Assembly: GCA_963767985.1 (NCBI GenBank)
Contig: CAVYGE010000006.1
Location: 128,169-192,168, forward strand
DNA: 64,000 nt
From: an uncultured Chloroflexia bacterium
GTDB taxonomy: Bacteria > Chloroflexota > Limnocylindria > QHBO01
Direction of reading: 5' to 3'
Part shown: piece by piece, positions 34,905 through 44,100 of the stretch
Position numbering within the stretch: the first letter of the stretch is position 1
Layout: each line of letters begins with the position of its first letter
Program-made: the position numbers and the translations under genes
Notes under the pieces: model-generated
Database searches by the model: none
What the model was told of the DNA's origin: nothing
The model's input: only the letters and a program-made list of their open reading frames with translations

Positions 34905-36687
34905 GTGTCGACGCTGCATCCACACGCCCATTCGCGTCGCCGTAGCGGCGTGGCCGCACTGGCCGTCGCGACGCTGGTCGCATCAGTATCCATCTCGATG
35001 TTCGCCGTGCCGCCCGTTCAGGCGGCGGCAAGCGATGTGTCGCGCCAGAGCGGTGCCAACCGCTTCGCGACCGCAGCCGATATCTCGAAGAAGACCTTCG
35101 CGCCCGGCGTGGGCGTGGTGTACGTCGCCAACGGCATCGAGGGCATCCCGGACGCGCTCGCCGCGGGACCCGCCGCTGCCAAGCTCGGCGGACCGACCCT
35201 GCTGGTCACGAAGACCAGCATCCCGTCCGAGACGCGCGTCGAGATTGACCGGCTGAACCCGGCCAAGATCGTCGTCGTGGGCGGCACCGGAGTTGTGTCG
35301 TCGGCCGTTCAGTCGGCCCTGGCACCCTACGCCGGTGGCGGGGGCGTTTCGCGCCAGAGCGGTGCCAACCGCTTCGCCACCGCAGCCGATATCTCCAAGA
35401 AGACCTTCGCGCCCGGCGTGGGCGTGGTGTACGTCGCCAACGGCATCGAGGGCATCCCGGACGCGCTCGCCGCGGGACCCGCCGCTGCCAAGCTCGGCGG
35501 ACCGACCCTGCTGGTCACGAAGACCAGCATCCCGTCCGAGACGCGCGTCGAGATTGACCGGCTGAACCCGGCCAAGATCGTCGTCGTGGGCGGCACCGGA
35601 GTTGTGTCGTCGGCCGTCCAGTCGGCCCTGGCACCCTACGCCGGTGGCGGGGGCGTTTCGCGCCAGAGCGGTGCCAACCGCTTCGCCACCGCAGCCGATA
35701 TCTCCAAGAAGACCTTCGCGCCCGGCGTGGGCGTGGTGTACGTCGCCAACGGCATCGAGGGCATCCCGGACGCGCTCGCCGCGGGACCCGCCGCTGCCAA
35801 GCGCGGCGGACCGACCCTGCTGGTCACGAAGACCAGCATCCCGGCCGAGACGCGCGTCGAGCTCGACCGACTGAACCCGGCCAAGATCGTCGTGGTCGGC
35901 GGCACGGGCGTGGTGTCGAGCTCGGTCCAGAACGCACTGGTGCCGTACATCGTGACTCCGACGCCAACTCCCACGCCGACTCCGACGCCAACTCCGACAC
36001 CGACCCCGGCGCCAGGCGTCTCGGCGCCGTTCGTGCGCAACTTCAACGGCGGGGAGGGCGAGACTCCTCGACGCCGGCTTCGACGGACTGATGACCGGCG
36101 CGACGCTGGATGGTGACGTGCATCTTTCGGGCGGCGGCTCGTCAATCCGACGGTTGCCGAGGGGGACGCATTCAATGGAGGAAATGACCAGAAGGACGCG
36201 CTCCTGGTGGACATGACCGTTCCCGCGGGCAACTTCACCGTCCACGGCGTGGTGTGCTCGCCGTACCCGCCACGAGGAGTTCGCTTCGGCTGGGGATCTT
36301 CTTCGGCACGGGCGACCAGGACAACTACGTCAAGGCGGTCGTCAGCTGGAGCCCGGACCTCGATACGACCCAGGTGCACGATACCCGGGAGGTCGGCGGG
36401 GACGGTTTCGGGATCGCCGACAAGGCGGATGCGAACATCCTGTCCGATCCGTGCCTCGACCTGTACCTCACGGTGAACAAGGCAGCGATGACGTACGCAC
36501 CGGCGTACTCGTTGGACGGCGGCAGCACGAAGATCGGCTTCGGCGGCGTTTGCGGCGGCTGCGCACGATCCCGGCCTCGTGGCTGGATGGCTCGAACCCG
36601 CTCGCCATCGGCGTCATCGCGACGTCGCAGGGACCGGCCGCACCGTTCAGCGCCTCGTGGGATCTCCTCGAGGTGACCATTCCGTAG
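34905..36687 (+). pseudogene. surface protein: signal peptide, 3 x cell-wall-binding repeat 2 (CWB2), (PT)n linker, C-terminal concanavalin-A-like lectin domain; C-terminal third has at least 4 frameshifts
   Basis: Signal peptide (VAALAVATLVASVSISMFAVPPVQA). Three 103-aa repeats: RQSGANRFATAADISKKTF...ALAAGPAAAKLGGPTLLVTK...IVVVGGTGVVS. TPTPTPTPTPTPTPTPTPAP linker. The lectin-like tail is spread over several frames (..GDQDNYVKAVVSWSP.., ..AYSLDGGSTKIGFGG.., ..LAIGVIATSQGPAAPFSASWDLLEV). Confidence 0.7.
35036..35962 (+). repeat. three tandem 309-bp repeats, near-identical at nucleotide level
   Basis: The anchor string cgcgccagag recurs at 35041, 35350 and 35659 (period 309). Only scattered substitutions separate the copies. 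In frame, one unit equals one CWB2 module. Confidence 0.9.
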
Positions 36688-36694
36688 GCTGCGT

Positions 36695-36724
36695 GACCCT
36701 CGGACGCGTCGCCGTCCGAGGGTC
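36695..36724 (+). terminator. perfect 12-bp hairpin 8 nt after stop 36687
   Basis: GACCCTCGGACG-CGTCGC-CGTCCGAGGGTC. No U-tract (I-shaped type). Confidence 0.45.
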
Positions 36725-36861
36725 GTCTACCACGCCGATCGCTTGATGGGTCGGCGGCGAGCCGTCTGGTATCGTTCGGCGAGGACGGTCGATGGTCGGG
36801 GCCGGGTGGCTGGACGCGGCGACCTGCCTCAACCCATATCCTCGCCCAGGATCGACAACGT

Positions 36862-38155
36862 ATGCCCGAGCATCTCCATCCCGGCCTGCGAGGAGCTGGT
36901 CCGGCGTTTCGAAGCCGCATCGGTCCGCTGGGCGTTGCTGCGGCTCCCCGCCGACCTCCTTCGTCCGCGGCGGGGATATCGACCTGCTCGTGCATCCGGA
37001 GGACCGGTCGCTGGCGCGACGAGGCATGCATCGACCTTGGATTCGTTCGCATCGCCGCGTCCGGCGCGAGTACGCCCTACGTGCTCTACCACCGATCGAC
37101 GGGGACGTGGCTGCACTCGATCTCGCCTCGAGCCCGCTTCCGGATGGTTGGGCGGTACGGTGATCTCGCCGCGAGCGGCGCCGGCACGGGTCCTCGCGCG
37201 TTCGATCGCCGAGGACGGAATTCGACGCCTGCACCGCGACGACGAATTCTGGGGGCTAATGCTTCATCTCGCCGATGGCGCCCGCCAGGTCGCCCGATCG
37301 TCACTGGGCAACCCTGCGCAGCAACGCGGAGTTCGCAACGATGATGTCCGCCATCGTCCAGGCCGTTCGATCGCAGCGACCCGACGCCCCGGTCGTTCTC
37401 GAGCGCGCACGTGCGGCCGTGCTGGCGAACGATCACGTCCTGCATTCGCGACACTCCTGGGCGAGCTCGCGACCATGGCGGGCACCCGGAGCTGGATCCG
37501 CAACCTGCCGCGCCTCGTTTCGCGGCCGTGGCGGGCGTGGCATCATCGAGGTCTGAGCGTTGCCCTCCTCGGGCCGGATGGTGCCGGGAAATCCTCCCTG
37601 GCCCAGTGCCTGGTGGGTCGGTCGTTCTTTCCGACGAGCGTCGTGTACATGGGGACCGGCATCCCGGGCGACGTCATGGCGCGCCCCGCCGCGCTGCGCT
37701 GGATGCGGGGCCCGGTGCTGTTTCCGATCGGAGGCACACTCGTCCAGTGGGACCGGTACCTTCGCGCCCTTGGCGAAAGGGTGCGCGGGAAGATGATCAT
37801 CTTCGATCGCTATACCGAGGAAGCACTCCTGCCCCCACCCGACTCCGATCCGAGCTGGAAACGGCTCACACGTGGCGTTCGACGCGCGTTGGCGTGCCCC
37901 ACGCCGCAGATCACCATCGTCCTCGACGCTCCGGGAAGCGTGATGTTCGACCGCAAGGGCGAGCATGACGGCCCGTGGCTGGAGGCTCAGCGGCACCGCT
38001 ACCGCGCTCTGGCCGAGCACCTCCCCGGTGCGGTGATCATCGATGCCGAGCAGCCGCGCGATGCCGTCTGCGCGGAGGCCATGGCCGCGATCTGGGCCGC
38101 GTTCGCGGGTCGGCATGAGCGCCGCCGCAGCCAGATGGAGCGAGCCACCGGATGA
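36862..38155 (+). pseudogene. nucleotidyltransferase-like N-domain (GGDIDLLV type) fused to P-loop thymidylate-kinase-like domain; at least 6 frameshifts in the first 600 nt
   Basis: Fragments in alternating frames: CEELVRRFEAASVRWALLRLP / RGGDIDLLVHPEDRSLA / IDLGFVRIAASGASTPYVLYHRSTGTWLH / VISPRAAPARVLARSIAEDGIRRLHRDDEFWGLMLH / HWATLRSNAEFATMMSAIVQAV. An intact tail follows with the P-loop LLGPDGAGKSSLAQ. Confidence 0.4.
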
Positions 38156-39000
38156 AGACCGCGGCGCCATTTGGGCGGCTCAACGGTGGAGGGAGCACCA
38201 CTCCGGATGTGGTGAGCAGGCCCGTGCGACGCGTCTACATCCTGGGAGGAGAGGGCAGCGGCAAGACAACCCTCGCGCAGCGGATCCATGACACGCTCGG
38301 CCTGAGCGTGCATCAGCTCGACTATGTCGCCTGGCGCGGTGCGGAAGAAGGAACGGTGCCGCTGTTCGACCCCCGCTACCAGCCGCCGACCCGCCTCATC
38401 CCGCGCCCCGTCGAGGAGCGGCTGGCCCTCATCGAGGAGATCGCGGCCACAGAATCGTGGGTCGCCGAGGGGAAGCATCTGTGGTGGACCGAGGGTCTGC
38501 TGCGGCAGGCGGATCTCGTCGTGTGGCTCGACCATGTTCCATTCCCACGAGCGGCCTCACGCGTCATGCGGCGCGCGGCGCGCAGCGGCGGGCGGAGCTT
38601 CCGCAGCCATCGAGGGCGTCGGAAGTTCACGCGGTTCCGTGACTACGCACGCCATGGACGGTCTCTCTTCCGGCAGCTCCGCAACCTTCTGCTGTACTAC
38701 GTCGCACCGCTGTCGTCGAAGCCGCCGGATCTCACGGACTACTGGCCCATCGTCACCCGATCGGCCACCCAGGAGTTCCTCCGGCCCTATGCCGTCAAGG
38801 TCGTGAGCATCAAGCACACGTCCGAGCTCGACACGTTGATCGCGGCATTGAGCGATTCCGTCGACGCACCTGCTCCGTCGAGGCGGAACGCTAGCAGTCG
38901 TCAGGCCGCGCGCGGCGCGGCCTTCGGTGGCATGGCCGACTCGAACACCGGCTTGGCGACGAAGGCGGCCTGGATGGTCACGGCGATGAGCCATCCGTAG
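38152..39000 (+). CDS. P-loop NTPase/kinase (adenylate-kinase / FlaR-like)
   Basis: ATGA overlap with the previous gene. P-loop VYILGGEGSGKTTLAQRI. The 3' ~100 nt overlap the convergent flippase pseudogene, so the true end is uncertain. Confidence 0.45.
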   Translation: MKTAAPFGRLNGGGSTTPDVVSRPVRRVYILGGEGSGKTTLAQRIHDTLGLSVHQLDYVAWRGAEEGTVPLFDPRYQPPTRLIPRPVEERLALIEEIAATESWVAEGKHLWWTEGLLRQADLVVWLDHVPFPRAASRVMRRAARSGGRSFRSHRGRRKFTRFRDYARHGRSLFRQLRNLLLYYVAPLSSKPPDLTDYWPIVTRSATQEFLRPYAVKVVSIKHTSELDTLIAALSDSVDAPAPSRRNASSRQAARGAAFGGMADSNTGLATKAAWMVTAMSHP

Positions 39001-40197
39001 GCCAGGCCCTCCAGTCCGCCCATGACGGCACCGACCGAGGACAGTCCGACTTCGAGCCCAGCGCCCACCCAGCCGAAGAGCGCGGCCTTGCCCAGTCCGC
39101 TTCGAATGCGCTGGATCGCCACCCAGTGATCCTTGATGAGCAGCGGGAAGCCACGCACGGCCAGGATCGCGATGGCGGGATAGGCGGAGTCCGCGTAGGC
39201 GCTCCCGAAGACGGACAGCACGAGCTGGCCGGCCAGGAGAAAGACCAGGCTGCCGCCGATCGCGGAAGCAGCCGACATGGCCATGGTCACGCGGACCTGC
39301 TTCCACAGCTGGTCAGGATCCTTGGCGCCGACGGCGAACAGCGTCAGCGTGGCGGACTGTCCCGACGAGACTGACGTAGTTCGACAGCAGAAGGGCGATG
39401 TAGAACGCTGCGTTGTCGGCCCGGGTCAGGATGACCGGGACGATGATCGGGAGCATCGATGCCGGAGCGAAGCGGGAGACGTTCAGCAGGTGGTGCATCA
39501 GGGCCTTGCGCGCCAGGCCGAAGAACTTGTCCCAGACCAGCGGACGCCAGCCGTTGTCGAGACCGCGATGGCGGATGTACCACGCCATGTAGACGAGCGA
39601 CAGCAGGATGCCGAACTGCCACGCGACGTAGATCGCCATCCCCTCGTTCCCGAGCCACAGGCCGGCCAGGACGAGGATCACCAGCTTTGCCATCGAGAAG
39701 ATCACGTTCCGAATCAGCTGGAGGGCACTGCGGAAGAGCCCGACCAGCACCTGGTCCAAGCACGGCGGTTGCAGCCGTCAGGCTCACGCCGACCGCGAAG
39801 ATGAAGATGCGGAGCGGGTCGCTGCCGATCGGTGCAAGGTCGCTGAACAGCGACGGTGCAAGAGCGGCAAAGACGATCCCCATCGCGCCGCCGATGGCAA
39901 CGGTTGCGGTCAGCGACGTCAGGATCAGCCTGCGCCGGCCGCGGCTCATCGTCGGCAGTTCACCGAGGAGCGTCGTGCCCAGGCCGACCAGCGCGATCCT
40001 TCCCAGGAACAGCATGGCGGAGATGGCCGATGCCGCGATTCCCGACGGCGTCCGGCGAGAACGCCCGCGCAGCGGCGTACCAGAAGAGGAAGCCCGACCG
40101 CTCCGTTGAGGAGCGAGACGGCGATGAGCGAGCCGGTCATCTTCATGACCGCGCTACTCTTCGGCAGCCTGGACATCAGCCGCCGGGCGAAGGTCAC
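38901..40197 (-). pseudogene. second MOP/Wzx-like flippase, paralog of 17558..18898; at least 3 frameshifts
   Basis: Four ORF fragments (39946..40197, 39344..40015, 39313..39759, 38901..39290) align colinearly with the first flippase. For example, LMHHLLNVSRFAPASMLPIIVPVILTRADNAAFYIALLLSNYVS matches LSHHLLNLTRSSSVWLLPILVTALLSRDANAAFYVALLLANFVS. An extra g near 39349 breaks ..VGT|SATLTLFAVGAKDPDQLW. Confidence 0.6.
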
Positions 40198-41121
40198 CTA
40201 TCCGGCGACCTCGGCGCGATCCACCTGGGACGCGATCCAGGAGTCGAGATTCCAGCCGGTGATCTGCGCCAGTTCCCGGACCTCGTCGGCCACGTCGGCC
40301 TCGAGTCGCGCGCGCAGCTGGTCGTCCATGGGCGGGCGTTGGTCCTTGCGGCTGTTCATGGCGACGAGCGATCCGCGAAGCCGATGCAGGATGGGCGCCC
40401 GCCGCAGAAGCGGAATCAGCCGATCGAGGGGAAACGGTGGCCGAACCAGGAGGTCCTGGACAGGCCGCTCTTCGGCTGCTTCGTCTCGTTGACGCGCTCG
40501 AAGGACGGAACGAACGTGGTGTCCGCGCCGATGAACGCGAGGATGTCGAGGTAGACCGCCCTCGGATCGGACCGCAGGTCGTCGTAGTTCACGAGTTTGA
40601 CCTGCTCGGCGTGGGAAGGTGTCGAGATAGCGCCGGACCTGGTCCGGGAAGCGCACGGCGTTGCGGTAGCAGAGGGTCTCGACGCGTCGCACCCCCCTGG
40701 GCACACGGCGTCCGGCGAGTCGATCCGGCTCGGCCGCGAGCGCCGCGGCGAAATCACGGATCGTTTCGGCCCGGTAGAAGACCATCTCGCGGTGGAGCGA
40801 GTGCATGACGTCCACCGGACTGCGCAGCATGATGACGATGCGTGCGTCGGGATTCGCCTCCTTGATCTCGCCAGCGGCCAACCGCGAATAGAGCGACCAG
40901 GTGGAGGCCTCGCCGATGAGCTGGCCCGGCAGAGCGGCCGCAAACAGACGCTCGTACTCCGTGCGCGTCAGGCGGCCGTGCCGATGGTGGAGATCTGCGC
41001 CGAAGTAGTTCGGCTCCTTGTGCTCTGGCATGTAGATGCCGGGATGCTGCTTCAGGTAGTCGTACATCGCGGTCGTCCCGCAGCGTGGCGCGCCGACGAT
41101 GAGAAAGTCCGGAAGGGTCAA
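40198..41121 (-). pseudogene. second PAPS-dependent carbohydrate sulfotransferase, paralog of 16620..17561; two frameshifts (~40614, ~40460)
   Basis: LPDFLIVGAPRCGTTAMYDYL (5'-PSB) and MLRSPVDVMHS (3'-PB). The middle segment is in ORF 40416..40943 (HAEQVKLVNYDDLRSDPRAVYLDILAFIGADTTFVPSFERVNETKQP). Confidence 0.65.
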
Positions 41122-41184
41122 AGAGTCACCATGGGGTAGGGTTCGGTGCGGATGATGGGGGTGGCGGAGCGGAGCAGATCGTAC

Positions 41185-41190
41185 TAGGGT
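41185..41190 (+). promoter_or_regulatory. candidate -10 box TAGGGT (within CTAGGGTAC) upstream of the large exoprotein gene
   Basis: Fits TANNNT. The same 9-mer occurs at 11207. An SD-like GGGGA at 41217 precedes an alternative TTG start at 41232. Confidence 0.25.
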
Positions 41191-41192
41191 AC

Positions 41193-44100
41193 GTGTCGGC
41201 TGTGTCCTGCCACGACCGGGGAATCATCCGCTTGTCCTCATCTGCCCAGCGTCGGAGTCTCGTCCGACGATTTGCGCTCATTCTCGCGACATTCGCCCTG
41301 CTCGCGTCGGGGTTGCCGGCGCTGGTGCCCGTCGTGTCGGGTGTCTCGGAGATCGCCTTTGCGCCGGTCGCCGACGCTTGGGTGGATCAAGGCACCCCGA
41401 CGGCGAACGCGGGAGCCGGCCCCGATCTGCAGGTGGACGGCGATAGCGGCGGAGGCATGGACTACCAGTCCTTCCTGCGGTTCGACGTCAGCGGCGTCAC
41501 GGGCACGATCCAGGGGGTGAGCCTCCGGTTCAGCGTTCTCAACGGCACGGTCGACGGGCCGGCCGTGTATCAGACGGCCAGCACGTGGACCGAGTCGACG
41601 GTGAACTGGCAGAGCCGGCCGGCGATCACTACGGCGGCCATCGACGACCTCGGCCGAATCACGACCGGACAGACGATCAACTACAACGTCACCTCCACGG
41701 TAACGGGCAACGGGACGTACTCCTTCGGGCTCGTGAGCACGTCGGCGGATGGGCTCGATGTCTCCTCACGTGAGGGCGTGACACCGCCCCAGCTGATCCT
41801 GACGGTCGCCCCCGCATCGACGGACCTGACCTTCGGCTCGACCGCCGACGCGTACGTCGACGAGGGGAACTTCTCCCAGAACTACGGGTCAGCGTCGACG
41901 CTCGAGGTCGACGCGGATCGCGGGTTCGGCTACGACCGGGAGGCGTACCTGAAGTTCGATGTCACCGGACTGGGCGGTCCGGCGCAGGCAGCGACCGTCC
42001 GCCTCTACGTGACGAACGGGACCGCGAATGGGCCGAAGATCTCGAGCGTGGGGACGAGTTGGGGCGAGTCCACGATCACCTGGGCGAATCGCCCGGTCGT
42101 GACGAGCGGAGTCCTGGACGATCGGGGAACGATCGCGGCGTCCACCTACGTGGACTTCAACGTGACCTCGGCCATCTCGGGCAATGGCACCTTCGCATTC
42201 GCCCTGAAACCGGACTCGAACGACGGACTCGACGTGTACTCGCGCGAGGGCGGGATACCTCCAAGGCTGATCATCACCCCGTCGACCACGTCGACGCCGA
42301 CGCCCACGGCCACGATCCCATCGGCCACTCCGACACCGACCGCGACCGTCACGCCAACCCCTACCGCGACCGCGACGCCGACGCCGACCGCGACGCCGAC
42401 GCCGACGCCGACGCCGGGATCGGGTGACCCGGTTCTCGTCGGCGCCGGGGACATCGGCGTGTGTGGCAGCCCGTACGACGAGGCGACCGCCGACCTCCTC
42501 GACGGTATCGCCGGCACGGTCTTCACGGTGGGCGACAACGTCTACCCGAATGGGACGGCCGACGAGTTCGCGAACTGCTACGACCCGAGCTGGGGCAGGC
42601 ACAAGTCACGGACCCGGCCCACGCCGGGCAACCACGACTACAACACATCGGATGCGGCGCCGTACTACGCGTACTTCGGCGCTTCTGCCGGTGATCCCAC
42701 CAAGGGGTACTACAGCTACGACGTACCGAACTGGCACGTCGTCGTCCTGAACTCCGAGTGCGCCAGAATCGGCGGCTGCGGTCCTGGCTCGCCGCAGGAG
42801 ACCTGGCTGCGGGCGGATCTTGCGGCCAGCCCGACGAACAACATCCTGGCAATGATCCACCATCCGCGATTCACCTCCGGTCTCAGGGGGAACTACGTGA
42901 TCTCAGACGCCCTGTGGACGGCCCTGTACGAATTCGGTGCGGACGTCGTTCTGAGCGGACATGAGCACTTCTACGAGCGCTTCGCGCCGCAGAGCCCTGC
43001 CGGAGTCGCCGATCCGGCGTACGGCATTCGCGAGTTCATCGTGGGGACCGGCGGCGCCTCTCTGAGTGGCGCCGGCGCTCCGGCGCCGAACAGCCAGGTG
43101 CTGAACGCTTCAAGCTACGGCGTTCTGAAGCTCACCCTCCACCCGAGCGCGTACAGCTGGCAGTTCGTGCCGATCGCCGGTCAGACATTCACGGACTCGG
43201 GCACTGCCGCCACGCATCCCGCTCCGGTGATCGCCACGACCAGCGTGACGGCAGGCGCGGATGCAACCGTGGACCAGTCGCTGCCATCGCAGAACTTCGG
43301 CTCGGCGCTGGACCTCCTCGTCGACGGTGACACCGGGGCGGGACTTGACGATGAGAGCTACCTGCGGTTCACGGTGTCCGGGACGAGCGGCACCGTCAGC
43401 AGGGCGCTGCTGCGCGTCTGGGTCACGAACGGGACCGGCAACGGACCGAAGGTTCACCGCGTCACCGGTGCGTGGACGGAGTCCGCGATCACATGGGCAA
43501 ACCGCCCGCCCCCCGTCGGCTCCGTCCTCGATGATCTCGGGGCTGTGCCCGCCGGTGCCTTCGTGGACTTCGACGTGACATCCGCGGTCACGGGCAACGG
43601 GGACTACAGCTTCGTGCTGATGCCGACCAGCAGTGACGGCCTGGACGCCATGTCGCGCGAGGCCGCGACGCCGCCCCGGCTCCTGGTCACCACGGTCGGC
43701 GGGTCTCCCAGCCCGACGCCCAGCCCGACGCCCACCGCCACCGTGACACCGACGCCCACCGCCACCGTGACACCGACGCCGACTGCCACACCGACGCAGA
43801 CCGCCACACCAACGCCCACCGTGACCCCAACGCCCACCCCGACGCCGACGCCCACCACCGGCTTCGTCATGGGCATCGACTTCAACGGCTCCGGTGGTTC
43901 GATCGGCGGACGAACCTGGCAGTCCTACGCCAGCGCGCTTGCCTCGGGCTTGAGCGTGTCCGCCTCCACGACGACATCGTCACGAACGCCGGTGCCGGCG
44001 GTCGATGCGGCAACGGCCGCGATGCTCAACTCGGCGATCTGGCAGCCGCGTGGTGACCTGGTCATGTCGCAGACGCTGTCGAATGGGTCATACCAGGTGT

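Noticed and set aside
35036-35962. Regularly spaced repeats (309-bp units, PT-linker repeats at 42281 and 43707, the 45-bp tandem at 24127) as possible CRISPR arrays
   Set aside because: There are no short identical repeats separated by unique spacers. All repeats are in frame within coding sequence and encode protein modules or linkers. No cas genes are present.
36862-41121. Nucleotidyltransferase + kinases + sulfotransferase as a RiPP (for example lasso-peptide) tailoring cluster
   Set aside because: There is no asparagine-synthetase-like cyclase, no transglutaminase-like protease, no RRE/PqqD-like gene and no plausible short precursor ORF. The sulfotransferase is paired with a polysaccharide flippase instead.
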